From positions 2,309 through 66,308 of the forward strand of contig JASFHF010000006.1 of the NCBI GenBank assembly GCA_050123375.1: DNA of 64,000 bases, read 5' to 3'. Position 1 is the stretch's first letter; each line of letters starts with the position of its first letter. The notes below the pieces were generated by a model that worked only from the letters and a program-made list of their open reading frames with translations, was not told the DNA's origin and did no database searches. This DNA is from Gammaproteobacteria bacterium (lineage in GTDB: Bacteria; Pseudomonadota; Gammaproteobacteria; UBA12402). Below, piece after piece: positions 37,391-48,035 of this stretch. Position numbers and translations under genes: made by a program.

Positions 37391-38531
37391 TTTTTTTAAG
37401 ATAGTTTTTGTAATTAAGTATTTTAATTTGTTCGGTATATGGAATATCTTTGCCGTTATAAAGCAAATAGCCATGATCATTTGGTTTCAGTAAGTCTTCT
37501 ATAGCTTTAATCATGCGGGGGTGGAAAGTTTCACCGCTTTTGATTTCAAACAAATCTCTATGGGTTTTGTAGTCGATAATTAAATCTATTTCAATTCCGT
37601 GGGTAGTGCGGTAATAAAATAGTTCGGTATGTGTATCATTGTGTTTTTTGCGCTTTAAAATTTCACTAATAATATAATTTTCAAATAAACTGCCTGCCAT
37701 AGGTCCTTGATAAAGTTGTTTGGTGTTTTCAATGCCTGTTAAATAGGAAACTATGCCAGTGTCATAAAAAAATATTTTTGGACTTTTCACAATACGCTTG
37801 CCGTAATTATTATAATATGGTGGTAATAAAAAAATAATATATGAAGCTTCAAGAATCGAAATCCATTGTTTGATAGTTTTTACATCTACACCTAAATCGT
37901 TAGCATAATGGGAAAAGTTCATTAATTGGCCGGTGTTAGCAGCTAATAAACTTATTAAGCGTCTAAAGTCTCGAATGTTTCCAATATTGCTTAATGTTTT
38001 TACGTCTTTGGTAAGGTATGTCTCAAGATATGATGAATACCATGGTTTGAATAATTTATATTTTTTTTCTACTAACTCAGGGTAGCATCCTTTAACAATT
38101 GCATCGTCGTGTAAGTTATTAGGTATTTCGTTAAATTGATATGGCAATAAAGTTAACAAGCCGATGCGTCCAGCTAATGTTTCGGTAATGCCTTTAACAA
38201 AGTTGAATTGACTAGATCCGGTTAATATAAATTTCCCATGATTAGCTCGGTCATTATCAACCGCAATTTTTATGTAATTAAATATTTCAGGTGCTTTTTG
38301 TACCTCATCGAAAATTATTTTGTTATTATAAATTCGCATAAAACGTTCAGGATCATTTTGAAACATATCGATTGTTTGGTAATCATCAAAAGTAACATAT
38401 TGATAATTTGGCATAGAATGCAATAGCATAGTCGATTTACCAGATTGGCGTGGGCCGGTAATGCCAATTACAGAGAAAAAATCCACATATTCATTTAAGC
38501 TAGTTTCAAGCACACGGTGGGTATACGGCAT
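37377..38531 (-). CDS. AAA-family ATPase (AAA_14 + DUF4143 architecture)
   Basis: Walker A GITGPRQSGKST, Walker B IIFDEVQ, and C-terminal DUF4143-like region. Confidence 0.7.
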   Translation of the reverse strand: MPYTHRVLETSLNEYVDFFSVIGITGPRQSGKSTMLLHSMPNYQYVTFDDYQTIDMFQNDPERFMRIYNNKIIFDEVQKAPEIFNYIKIAVDNDRANHGKFILTGSSQFNFVKGITETLAGRIGLLTLLPYQFNEIPNNLHDDAIVKGCYPELVEKKYKLFKPWYSSYLETYLTKDVKTLSNIGNIRDFRRLISLLAANTGQLMNFSHYANDLGVDVKTIKQWISILEASYIIFLLPPYYNNYGKRIVKSPKIFFYDTGIVSYLTGIENTKQLYQGPMAGSLFENYIISEILKRKKHNDTHTELFYYRTTHGIEIDLIIDYKTHRDLFEIKSGETFHPRMIKAIEDLLKPNDHGYLLYNGKDIPYTEQIKILNYKNYLKKTKKS

Positions 38532-38647
38532 TTCATATCTCCTTGATTTATTGTTCTATTTTCGCATAATAAGTATTAAAATGCAACAAAATCATGTGAA
38601 AATTTGGAGTACAATTCCAAATTTTCACATGATTTAGCATCTTGTAG

Positions 38648-40192
38648 CTAACTATCTGTCATTATCTGATTACGTCCGTTTGTTTTAGCACGGTAAAGTT
38701 GATGGTCGGCGCGATTGATAACGGCATCTATATTGGTATCATCTTTATGCCAAGAGCTTATGCCAATACTAACTGTAAGTGAGAAGAATTGCTGGTGATT
38801 GTCAATTAGCGGAATTTTTATTCGCGAAATTGCCTGATGCAGTCTTTTTGCTAAAACTGTTGCTTGTTCTAGCGATGTTTCTGGCATGATAACTACAAAT
38901 TCTTCTCCTCCAAATCTTGCAAAAATGTCGATTTTCCTGATAATGCTTTTAGTGACTTTGGTAATTGCAATTAAAGCTTGATCACCGTTTAAATGTCCAT
39001 AAGTATCATTAATTTTTTTAAAATAATCAATATCAATCATTTGTACTGAAAATGTTTTGCCGGTTCGTTTTGAACGCGAGCATTCTATAGCGCCTGCTTT
39101 TAGTAAAGATCGTCGATTGTAGATACCGGTCAATGGATCTATAGTTGCAAAAATTTTTAATTGTTGCTCATATTTGGCACGTTTTGCTCTTAATAATGAC
39201 CAAAATTGTGATATAAATATTATGGAGATAAGTAGTATTAAAAATATAATCAAATAATATTTCAGCGTGGTGGGTAATATTTGCTGCCAGCGTACACGCC
39301 ATAATAAAGTCAAATTGAGATCACTATGTTGAAGAACAGATAATTTGGATGTAAAATTTTTAATGAAAAAAATGCCGTATCTTGTGTATAATTTTGATAG
39401 TTGTTTTGTTGTTATAATATGTTCCCAAAGTTGCGGAAATATGGTTTTTATCATAATATTACGGCGTGATTGAAGCATGTTGCCCCATGTGTAATTTGTA
39501 TTTGGCGCGATTAAAAAATAACCGTTTTTATCAATTAAAAATAAATTTCCGGGTATTAATGTAGTATCACGTTTTAAGTTATCAAGTAAATATTGCGCGT
39601 TATAGTTTAAGATGATAACGCCAAGTTTTACTCCTTCTTTATTGTACACCGGCGTGCCAATACGTATCATGGGTCTAAATGGACGTTCGATTTTTTCGTG
39701 TTCTATGTTTAAATCAAGCGGAGAAAAATATACTTCATTATTGTTAAGTGCTGTAGATTTAGTAAAATAATACCGATACTTTTTATTCTGTAATTGTTTT
39801 TTTGGTACAGCTTTGATTATTTTATTCCGATTATTAATTCTCGCTAATTCTTGTCCATCAGTTCCAATAAACCTAATTTGATCATATACTTTGCGATGTT
39901 TTGAAAGAGATAAAAAGGTTTTAGTTAAGTGTGTAATTAAACGATGAAATGGTTGTTGGCGATGATCCTCATATTCCATTTCTACTTCTTTTTTAAGAAA
40001 AAGTATATCTGATGTGATAGTATCAATTGTATTATTAAAAATTTGATTTTCTTTATCAATGGTTGATATTATTTTGTTAGAGACATTTTCCATATGGTTT
40101 TTGATTTCAATATAACAAAATAAGGTAATGATTATGACAATGGTGATAGCTAAAGGCAGAAATATTTTTAGAAAGTACCTATGTTTTGGCAT
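38648..40192 (-). CDS. sensor diguanylate cyclase (2 TM, periplasmic sensor domain, GGDEF)
   Basis: C-terminal DPLTGIYNRR...IDIDYFKKINDTYGH...RFGGEEFVVIMPET has an intact GGEEF active site and RxxD I-site region. Confidence 0.8.
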   Translation of the reverse strand: MPKHRYFLKIFLPLAITIVIIITLFCYIEIKNHMENVSNKIISTIDKENQIFNNTIDTITSDILFLKKEVEMEYEDHRQQPFHRLITHLTKTFLSLSKHRKVYDQIRFIGTDGQELARINNRNKIIKAVPKKQLQNKKYRYYFTKSTALNNNEVYFSPLDLNIEHEKIERPFRPMIRIGTPVYNKEGVKLGVIILNYNAQYLLDNLKRDTTLIPGNLFLIDKNGYFLIAPNTNYTWGNMLQSRRNIMIKTIFPQLWEHIITTKQLSKLYTRYGIFFIKNFTSKLSVLQHSDLNLTLLWRVRWQQILPTTLKYYLIIFLILLISIIFISQFWSLLRAKRAKYEQQLKIFATIDPLTGIYNRRSLLKAGAIECSRSKRTGKTFSVQMIDIDYFKKINDTYGHLNGDQALIAITKVTKSIIRKIDIFARFGGEEFVVIMPETSLEQATVLAKRLHQAISRIKIPLIDNHQQFFSLTVSIGISSWHKDDTNIDAVINRADHQLYRAKTNGRNQIMTDS

Positions 40193-40291
40193 ATTAGCCG
40201 TCCAGTAATATTTTAGGGCTTACGCAAAAAGCGATCTGTTCTTTTCGCATCTTTTAAAATTATCGCATTCTCATTGTGCTCAGTCAAATTA

Positions 40292-42676
40292 TTAATATAA
40301 TTGATCGATATTTGTTGTTGTGTCATTTTGATTTAAATCAGAATAATGTTGTATGGTGCTGTGCGTTGGCGCGTATTTTTGACGAAAGATTTCAAAAATT
40401 GAATTTGGATCATCAGCTTGTGCAAGTAAACCAGTTTGTTTGTCAATGCGCACAGTAATAATATCGTTTGGTTGTGGTATCATACTTTCCGATTGGTTTT
40501 TAAGTGCTTCGCGCATGAAGTCAATCCACATTGGCAGCGCAGATTGCGCAGCGTATTCATATAATGACCGGGTTTGATCAAATCCCATCCACGTGGTTAC
40601 TACTAAATTGCTGTTAAAGCCGCTAAACCATGCATCTTTTTGATCGTTGGTAGTTCCGGTTTTGCCGGCGAGATCATTGCGTTTTAATGTCATTGCTGCT
40701 CGGGCGGTGCCGTGCTGAATAACATCTTGCAAAGCAGTATTAATTAAATAAGCATTTTGTTTGCTAATAGTTCTTGGTGCAATATTGATGGCGTTTGTTG
40801 GCTGGGTGGCATTATCATCAAAAACCAATAATGGTTTAGCTTGATAAATGGCTTGTTGATCATTGAAGTTGATTATTTTATCAATTAAATAAGGTTTAAT
40901 TTGATAACCGCCATTAGCAAATACGCTGTAAGCAGACGCCATTTCTAATGGGGTTAATTCAGCGGTACCCAAAGCTAATGATAAGCTATTTGGTAATTGA
41001 GTGCGATCAAAACCAAATTTAGTTACATAATCAATTGCATAAGGAATGCCAATTTGCTGCAGCAGGCGAATTGAAACTAAATTGCGGGAATGATCCAGCG
41101 CGACACGTAAACGGGTAGGACCGTAGAATTTTTTGGTATCGTTTTCAGGCCGCCAAATACTATTTTCTCCACCAGCGTTTGGAATCGCAATCGGTGCATC
41201 GTTAACTACAGATGCCAGAGTAAAGCCTTTTTCTAAGGCTGCAGAATAAATAAATGGTTTGAAGCTTGATCCTGGTTGACGGGTGGCTTGAATTACTCGA
41301 TTAAATTTACTACGATAAAAGTTAAAGCCGCCGTTCAAGGCTAAAATTGCGCCATTATTAGGATTAATTGCAACCAAAGCTGCTTCAACGTGTGGTAATT
41401 GTGCTAATCGAAAAGAACCATTTTTATTTTTAGTGACACGAATTAAATCACCAACTCTTAGAATATTTTGGGTAAATTGTGGTAGCGGACTTAAATATTC
41501 CTGTTCATCGTGAATTATTTCGTGACGTGCCCAAACTAAGTCATTCCATTTTAAAGTAACAATATTGCCTGATTTTAATAAAACATCCGCGGTATGATTG
41601 GTAATGTTAGTTACGATAGCGGGTTGTAATTGATTAACCGTTGGTGTGTGTCGCAATGCAGTAAGAAGTTGGTCAAGATTGGTCAAATCTACTTTACCAA
41701 GATTTTTCTCAGCGCCGCGATAACCATGACGTTGATCATAAGCTAATACAGCTTTATCTAGAGCGTTATTCGCGGTATGTTGTAAGTGACTATTAATAGT
41801 GGTATAGACTATGTACCCATGTTCATAAATATCCCCGCCAAATTTATCGAACAGTTTTTGGCGTACCATTTCAGCAACATATGGTGCATTAAGCGATACT
41901 TTAAAGCCATGGTATTTGGCAGTAATTGGCGCAGTGATAGCGCGTTGATATGTTGTTTGATCGATAAATTTTAGTTCCAGCATACGGTTTAATACATGAT
42001 TGCGCCGTTTAATTGCTTCTTTTGGGTTAGCTAAGGGATTGTTTCTTGAAGGAGCTTTTGGAATACCTGCTAACATGGCAATTTCCGGTAAAGTAAGTTG
42101 GTCTAATGTTTTGCCGTAATAGATTTTAGCTGCAGCAGCGATACCATAAGCGCGATGACCATAAAAGATTTTATTGAAATAAAGTTCTAATATTTTGTCT
42201 TTAGTAAAAATGTGATCGATTTTTAAAGCTAATAAAATTTCTCTTAGTTTTCTGATATAAGTTTTTTTATTGGTGAGAAAAAAATTGCGCGCAACCTGCA
42301 TAGTGATGGTGCTGCCGCCTTGTTCTTTTCTACCGGTAGTAAGTAACACGATAGCGGCACGTGCTAAACCAAAAACATCGACTCCAGGATGATCATAAAA
42401 GCGTTGATCTTCAGTGGCTAAAGTTGCTTGAATTAATAATTTGGGGACTTGATCCAGGGTTATAGGAATGCGTCGTACGTTACCGATTTCAGCAATTAAT
42501 TTGTGGTCCTGGCTGAAAATTTGTAGCGGCATCTGCATGTGCACGTCTTTTAAAACTGCGACTGTCGGCAAGGTCATTTCGACATAGAATACAAAAGCCA
42601 TCATGCAGGCGATAATTGTTGCGCCGCAGATACCGATAATCCAGAGTAGTTTTTTTATTAGAGTTTTAGTTTGCAT
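40292..42676 (-). CDS. mrcA: penicillin-binding protein 1A (bifunctional transglycosylase/transpeptidase)
   Basis: GT51 motifs EDQRFYDHPGVD and GGSTITMQVARN. TP motifs SSFKPFIYSAALE (SxxK), SRN and KTGTTND. Divergent from pilM as in Pseudomonas ponA. Confidence 0.9.
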   Translation of the reverse strand: MQTKTLIKKLLWIIGICGATIIACMMAFVFYVEMTLPTVAVLKDVHMQMPLQIFSQDHKLIAEIGNVRRIPITLDQVPKLLIQATLATEDQRFYDHPGVDVFGLARAAIVLLTTGRKEQGGSTITMQVARNFFLTNKKTYIRKLREILLALKIDHIFTKDKILELYFNKIFYGHRAYGIAAAAKIYYGKTLDQLTLPEIAMLAGIPKAPSRNNPLANPKEAIKRRNHVLNRMLELKFIDQTTYQRAITAPITAKYHGFKVSLNAPYVAEMVRQKLFDKFGGDIYEHGYIVYTTINSHLQHTANNALDKAVLAYDQRHGYRGAEKNLGKVDLTNLDQLLTALRHTPTVNQLQPAIVTNITNHTADVLLKSGNIVTLKWNDLVWARHEIIHDEQEYLSPLPQFTQNILRVGDLIRVTKNKNGSFRLAQLPHVEAALVAINPNNGAILALNGGFNFYRSKFNRVIQATRQPGSSFKPFIYSAALEKGFTLASVVNDAPIAIPNAGGENSIWRPENDTKKFYGPTRLRVALDHSRNLVSIRLLQQIGIPYAIDYVTKFGFDRTQLPNSLSLALGTAELTPLEMASAYSVFANGGYQIKPYLIDKIINFNDQQAIYQAKPLLVFDDNATQPTNAINIAPRTISKQNAYLINTALQDVIQHGTARAAMTLKRNDLAGKTGTTNDQKDAWFSGFNSNLVVTTWMGFDQTRSLYEYAAQSALPMWIDFMREALKNQSESMIPQPNDIITVRIDKQTGLLAQADDPNSIFEIFRQKYAPTHSTIQHYSDLNQNDTTTNIDQLY

Positions 42677-42804
42677 TGTAATATTGTGCCATAAATTGCG
42701 CTAAAAAGCTTGCAATTATTGGTGAAATGATGCACTATACATCCTTCTTTTGTCCTTCTTTCTGGTTTATTCAAACTTTTACATTTCTCATTTTATAGGT
42801 TTGT

Positions 42805-42912
42805 GATAATTAGGTGTTGTCTTTTTCAGACACGCTTGAACACATCCATGTGGCGCTAAGGCTCGAACATCCATGTCCTCGCATTGTCTGAAAAAGACAA
42901 CACCTAATTATC
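42805..42912. repeat. perfect 28-bp inverted repeat (GATAATTAGGTGTTGTCTTTTTCAGACA) with 52-bp spacer in ponA-pilM divergent promoter region
   Basis: 42805-42832 is the exact reverse complement of 42885-42912. The spacer contains the direct repeat GAACACATCCATGTG / GAACATCCATGTC. Confidence 0.8.
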
Positions 42913-42940
42913 ATAAAATTCTAAAACAAGGATAACAATC

Positions 42941-43780
42941 ATGTTACGTCATTTATTTTATAGACCACACACAAGTATAGGTATTGATGTTAATGATACA
43001 GGTGTTGCTGTTGTTGTTTTACGTAAGGAACGTAAGAAAATATCAATTTTACATGCATCAGTATCTGTGGTTGATGGTGATCAGCAAAAAATTAAATTTT
43101 TAAGTGATTTTTTTATTGATAATAAAGTACGTAAAAAAAATATTTATATTGCAATTCCTGCATGGCAGGTAATTAAAAAAGAGTTGTCATTTGATGCGGC
43201 GTTGCGGGATTTTGATATAAAAATACAACTTGAACTTGAGCAAGGCAGTTATTTTCCTGGTATCAATGAAAAATTGGTATTTGATATTGTGAGGGAACAA
43301 ACAGTGACAGTTTATGCAGCCAAGCAGCAAGGATTAAATAGAAAGTTAGAATTTTTAAATGCAGCTAAGATTATTCCGGTTTGTGTAGAGCCTGATAATT
43401 TTGCCTGGTTGCGGTTGATTAAATTTAATCAAAAACCATCATTGGTTATTGATGAAGTAGGGGTTTTATTGGTTGTGCAGCAACAAATATTAAAAATTAT
43501 TTTTTTTAATCAAAATGAAATTCTATATGAAAATAGCGAAACCATAATTAAGCAAAATGCTGGCTTTGTGTTTGTGCGGGATAATTTAGAACATTTTGCA
43601 TCAGCTAATTTAGATGACAAATTGGCTACAATTTATGTGATAGGACCGCAGGATTGGATTAAGCAATTACGTCAATGTATAAATTTGCCGGTAGTCGAAG
43701 TTGTGCCATTTGAGAATATTGATGAAAAATTATGGTTAGCTTGCGGGTTGGCTTTGCGAGGGATTGATGATCAAGATTAA
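42941..43780 (+). CDS. pilM: type IV pilus assembly protein PilM
   Basis: Actin-like ATPase fold. Position and order with pilNOPQ. Confidence 0.75.
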   Translation: MLRHLFYRPHTSIGIDVNDTGVAVVVLRKERKKISILHASVSVVDGDQQKIKFLSDFFIDNKVRKKNIYIAIPAWQVIKKELSFDAALRDFDIKIQLELEQGSYFPGINEKLVFDIVREQTVTVYAAKQQGLNRKLEFLNAAKIIPVCVEPDNFAWLRLIKFNQKPSLVIDEVGVLLVVQQQILKIIFFNQNEILYENSETIIKQNAGFVFVRDNLEHFASANLDDKLATIYVIGPQDWIKQLRQCINLPVVEVVPFENIDEKLWLACGLALRGIDDQD

Positions 43781-44291
43781 TTTTTTGCCTTGGCGTGAAT
43801 CATTGCAGAAACGACAGCGGCGTAATTTTATTTATAGTATCGTATTGAGTTTATTAATTGTCATAATAATTATGCTAGGTATATATTGTGAATTGCATAG
43901 TCGAATCAAAATACAGATTAGCCGTAACAAAATTTTATGCAAGTATAATGATAAATTACGTTCCAAAAAGCAGCAATATCTAACTGTGCAAAAACAGCGT
44001 AATTTATTAATAAGTAAATTGCAGTTGATCGTGAAAATGCAGCATCAGGGTGAAGAATTGACGCAAATACTGCAAGTTTTATTTGATTATTTTGATAGTG
44101 GATGTTGGCTTGATGCAGTAATTTTGCAAAATAATCAACTTACTGCGAAATTTATAGCTAAAAATTATGATATGAGTGATAGGATAGCGAAAATATTTGC
44201 TCATCTGGATTTTTTAACGCGTCCTAAAATTAATATGTCAGCAGGTACTGATTCTTTTATAAAGTTTACGGTAAATTGTTTATTTAAATAG
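43764..44291 (+). CDS. pilN: type IV pilus assembly protein PilN
   Basis: MMIKINFLPWRESLQKRQRRNF followed by a TM helix is the PilN signature. Confidence 0.75.
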   Translation: MMIKINFLPWRESLQKRQRRNFIYSIVLSLLIVIIIMLGIYCELHSRIKIQISRNKILCKYNDKLRSKKQQYLTVQKQRNLLISKLQLIVKMQHQGEELTQILQVLFDYFDSGCWLDAVILQNNQLTAKFIAKNYDMSDRIAKIFAHLDFLTRPKINMSAGTDSFIKFTVNCLFK

Positions 44292-44301
44292 GAAAAGTTA
44301 A

Positions 44302-44790
44302 ATGGCAAAAACATTAATAATATTATTTGTTGATATATTGTTTTTTATATTACTGTATTTTTTGCTGATAATGCCGCGGCTTGAATCATTGCATTTTATG
44401 CGGGCTAAGGAAGAAAGATTGAAACAAAGTTATGTACAGTCATATCGTAAAGTTCAGCAACTAACTTTGTTAAAACAACAACTGGGCAAGTTAGATAAAA
44501 TCAATAATAAGGCAAAAACTTTTGTTTTTAGGCGGCAATCTATAGTTATGCATACTATTGCTGATATAGCGCAACAATTTAATATACAAGTAGAGTCAAT
44601 TAAATTTAAAGAAAAATATCAAATTGGTAAATTATGTTTGTATCCAATTTTGATTAATTTTGATGGTAATCATGAGGATTTACAAGCATTCACGGCAGTA
44701 TTGTCAGAACATTTTTTGTTAACAGGTGTCCAATTAACTAGAAAACAAAATAACTATTTTGGCTGTCTTAATTTGGTTTTAATTGCATGA
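44302..44790 (+). CDS. pilO: type IV pilus assembly protein PilO (short)
   Basis: N-terminal TM plus coiled coil. Position in operon. Confidence 0.6.
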   Translation: MAKTLIILFVDILFFILLYFLLIMPRLESLHFMRAKEERLKQSYVQSYRKVQQLTLLKQQLGKLDKINNKAKTFVFRRQSIVMHTIADIAQQFNIQVESIKFKEKYQIGKLCLYPILINFDGNHEDLQAFTAVLSEHFLLTGVQLTRKQNNYFGCLNLVLIA

Positions 44791-45197
44791 AATTATTTGA
44801 TGTTACAGTTATGATTTTAATTGCTGCGGTTTTTTTGTTAACCGGATGTCGTAAAGTTTCTGATACTCGTGATTTATATGTGTATATTAATAAAGTGCAA
44901 CGGCAGCCAATAGCGCCAATTAAACCTTTGCCAAAATTTTTATTTACTTCATTTAAGCGCACGCAATTAACTGATTGCAAAGCAAGATACTCTGTACATG
45001 CATTTCGGTTAATAGGAATTATTTTAAATAAACAAAGGCATTGGGCGTTGGTTTTATTGCCGAATCATCAAGTAATCAAAGTGCAGAAAGATGATTTAAT
45101 TGGTAGAGAACAGGCGAAAGTTAAACAGATTACTGTAACTGAGGTTGAATTGTTAGTGAATAATAAAGTGTTGATTTTAAAATGCTTTGCTCAATAA
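44787..45197 (+). CDS. pilP: type IV pilus assembly lipoprotein PilP
   Basis: Lipobox LLTGC. Position between pilO and pilQ. Confidence 0.6.
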   Translation: MKLFDVTVMILIAAVFLLTGCRKVSDTRDLYVYINKVQRQPIAPIKPLPKFLFTSFKRTQLTDCKARYSVHAFRLIGIILNKQRHWALVLLPNHQVIKVQKDDLIGREQAKVKQITVTEVELLVNNKVLILKCFAQ

Positions 45198-45220
45198 TCG
45201 TTGAAATATGGAGGAAGTAA

Positions 45221-46423
45221 ATGAAAAAAATAATATATATTATATTTATAATCAGCATTATATTTATGCCGATGGTTTATGCGGATTCGCAGCAGCAATT
45301 TATTCATCAGCCAAACAATAATGTAACTTTAAATTTAGAAAAAGTTCCAATAAAAGATGTACTGAAATGGTTGGCAAAATTCTCTGATAAAAATATTGTA
45401 ATTAGCCAATCTATACATGGAAATATTACGATTTTTTTAAAAAATCTTTCTTGGCAGCAGGCAATGTGTGCGATTTTACGCTCGCAAAAGTTAACTCAAA
45501 AACAAATTGGCAAGGTCATTTATATAATGCCTTTCAATAAAACAAATGCACAACCAAAAGCTATTACAAAGCAGTCGCTACAAACAATATTTGAACGATT
45601 AAATTATGCCAAAGCAGCAAACATGGCTAAATTATTAATTAGTAATAAGAAAAAATTGTTAACAGCGCGAGGAATTGTAATGGTTGATAATCGTACTAAT
45701 AGTTTAATCATCCGTGATGTTAAAGAACAACTTGCAATTATTAAAACATTTGTTCGTAAGCTGGATATTCCAGTGCGGCAAGTATTGATTGAGGCGCGTA
45801 TTGCTAATGTTGACAAAGATTACGAGCGGGATTTAGGGGTTGCGTTTGAGGGTGCTAAGGGCAGTATCCAGGTTAATGGAAATTTATCGAGTGCGCAGGT
45901 CTCACTCAAAGATACCGCATTGGATGTAGCGTTGTCAGCATTAGAGGAAGCTGGTCACGCTGCAATTATTTCTAATCCTCATTTAACTACAGTTAATCAG
46001 CAGACCGCAATCATTGAATCGGGTGAAGAAATTCCATATCAGGAATCTGCAGGGGAGGGCAGTACTTCCACTGCATTTAAAAAAGCAGTGCTGCGCTTGC
46101 AGGTTACGCCGCAGATTGCTCCTAATAACAAAATTATGTTGCATCTAAAAGTTAATCAGGATAAGCGCAGCAATAAAGAAATTGGCGGAGTTCCGGCTAT
46201 TGATACTCAGCAGATTTCTACACAGGTTTTGGTTAAAAGCGGTCAGACGATTGTATTAGGCGGAGTTTTTGAGCATACTAAGACCAATAATATCGAGCGA
46301 GTTCCCTTGCTTGGTGATTTGCCGGTGCTTGGGGTTTTGTTTCGCCGCAAGAAAGTAGTTGACAATCGACGTGAATTATTGATATTTGTAACACCTAAGA
46401 TTGTAAATGCAGGGAAAACATGA
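45221..46423 (+). CDS. pilQ: type IV pilus secretin PilQ (compact, 400 aa)
   Basis: Signal peptide. Secretin C-domain ...VPLLGDLPVLGVLFRRKKVVDNRRELLIFVTPKIV. Lacks the long N-terminal AMIN region of ~700-aa PilQs. Confidence 0.8.
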   Translation: MKKIIYIIFIISIIFMPMVYADSQQQFIHQPNNNVTLNLEKVPIKDVLKWLAKFSDKNIVISQSIHGNITIFLKNLSWQQAMCAILRSQKLTQKQIGKVIYIMPFNKTNAQPKAITKQSLQTIFERLNYAKAANMAKLLISNKKKLLTARGIVMVDNRTNSLIIRDVKEQLAIIKTFVRKLDIPVRQVLIEARIANVDKDYERDLGVAFEGAKGSIQVNGNLSSAQVSLKDTALDVALSALEEAGHAAIISNPHLTTVNQQTAIIESGEEIPYQESAGEGSTSTAFKKAVLRLQVTPQIAPNNKIMLHLKVNQDKRSNKEIGGVPAIDTQQISTQVLVKSGQTIVLGGVFEHTKTNNIERVPLLGDLPVLGVLFRRKKVVDNRRELLIFVTPKIVNAGKT

Positions 46424-46947
46424 AACATCCTAGAGTGATATTTTTGGTTGGGCCGTTTGGCGCAGGTAAATCTACTATTGGGAGGGCGTTAGCCCGAGCT
46501 TTAGATTTACAGTTTTATGATACTGACCGAATCATCGAAAAACGTCTGGGTGTAGATTTAAGCTGGATTTTTGATATCGAAGGTGAGGCTGGATTTAGGC
46601 GGCGCGAAACGGAAATCTTAGATGAATTATCACAATTATCCAACGTAATTATTTCCACTGGCGGCGGAACTATTTTATTACCGGAAAATCGGCGTTTATT
46701 TAAAGATAGAGGATTGGTGATTTATCTGAAAACTACGATTAAACAACAATTACAACGAACTCAGCGTAATAAATATAATCGTCCAACTTTGCGGGTAGAT
46801 AATATTGAAGATTGTTTAAAATCTTTTCATAACGAGCGTGCGCCATTGTATGAAGAAGTAGCTGATGTGGTTTTTTCGACAAATCGTCGATCTTATAAGA
46901 TTGTGGTGAAAGAAATCCTGCAGTATTTGAAAGAAATTGAGTTTTAA
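46420..46947 (+). CDS. aroK: shikimate kinase
   Basis: IFLVGPFGAGKSTIGRALARAL...DTD matches the AroK signature. Follows pilQ as in the Pseudomonas pilMNOPQ-aroK-aroB locus, but aroB is absent here. Confidence 0.85.
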   Translation: MKHPRVIFLVGPFGAGKSTIGRALARALDLQFYDTDRIIEKRLGVDLSWIFDIEGEAGFRRRETEILDELSQLSNVIISTGGGTILLPENRRLFKDRGLVIYLKTTIKQQLQRTQRNKYNRPTLRVDNIEDCLKSFHNERAPLYEEVADVVFSTNRRSYKIVVKEILQYLKEIEF

Positions 46948-46958
46948 GAAGGTAAGTT

Positions 46959-48035
46959 ATGTTTAATGTTGAAGAAGCCCAAAAATATATATTAAAAATC
47001 AAGAAATATTTATTAAAAATTAATAAAAAAAATATAGAAGGTTTTTGTAAGTGTATTAGTGAATTAAATAAAAAGCACTCTAAGTCATTGCGTGCAATTT
47101 TTATTGAAATATTTCAATCTTCATCAGAAAGCATTTATATAATGCATAAATTATTGGAATCGGAAAAAATTTTTTTTGCTAGTAATGAAACCATTGAAAA
47201 TTATATATTAGATTCTATATGTATAGTGATGTCTTTCAGGAATCTCACTCATTTTAATCAACTCTTAAAGGAAGAAAAAAAATATAAAAAATTTAATTTA
47301 AATAATTTGAATATTGAGAATATTAATTTTGAAAACATAACAGAATTTAATGACAAGATCGAACAGTGGTTAAGTGCTTATAAGTTGTTTTTAAGTGGTC
47401 TTTCAGAGTATGACTTAATAAAAGTAAAGCAATATTTGAAGGGTGTTGAAATATTTTTAAAACAAAAAAAGATAAATTTTTATGGGGGTTTTATTTTGGT
47501 TTTTGAAGGCCTTAAGGATGTCAAAAATTTTGATGTGCTTAATTATATTAAGAAGAATAAGTTAGAAAACCTCAAGGCTGTTTATAATTTTTATATTAAT
47601 TTTCTTACATTGCATGATAATATAAGAGGTATTGCAGATATTATTAAGCAGATTGGAAGCTTTATTTATCAGGATGATTATTCTTTTTGTGGTCTGTCTT
47701 TTTTTGGTTGGTGCTATAAGAAGAAAAAAGAGTATAAGAAAGAATTTAAGAAATTGCTTGAAAAATTACCTAATGATAATCAGATAGGTGTTAGTAGGGT
47801 AGTTGAGTGGAGTGGAAAACAATATGGAATATTTTTACAAGATTTCAACGATGTTGTTTCTGATTTTATGGATAAAATACAAGAATTAATAAAAAGTGAT
47901 ATGTTAAATAAAAAAAGTTTTTATGAAAAAATTAAAGAGCTGTATGATAAAAATATATTAGATGAGAAATTATATAAGAAGATTACATTAAAACTTAAAA
48001 AGGATAGAACAGAATCATTTAAATATGTTAGTTAA
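46959..48035 (+). CDS. hypothetical Lys/Asn/Ile-rich effector-like protein
   Basis: 358 aa, extremely AT-rich, no recognisable domain. Occupies the position where aroB is expected. Confidence 0.45.
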   Translation: MFNVEEAQKYILKIKKYLLKINKKNIEGFCKCISELNKKHSKSLRAIFIEIFQSSSESIYIMHKLLESEKIFFASNETIENYILDSICIVMSFRNLTHFNQLLKEEKKYKKFNLNNLNIENINFENITEFNDKIEQWLSAYKLFLSGLSEYDLIKVKQYLKGVEIFLKQKKINFYGGFILVFEGLKDVKNFDVLNYIKKNKLENLKAVYNFYINFLTLHDNIRGIADIIKQIGSFIYQDDYSFCGLSFFGWCYKKKKEYKKEFKKLLEKLPNDNQIGVSRVVEWSGKQYGIFLQDFNDVVSDFMDKIQELIKSDMLNKKSFYEKIKELYDKNILDEKLYKKITLKLKKDRTESFKYVS

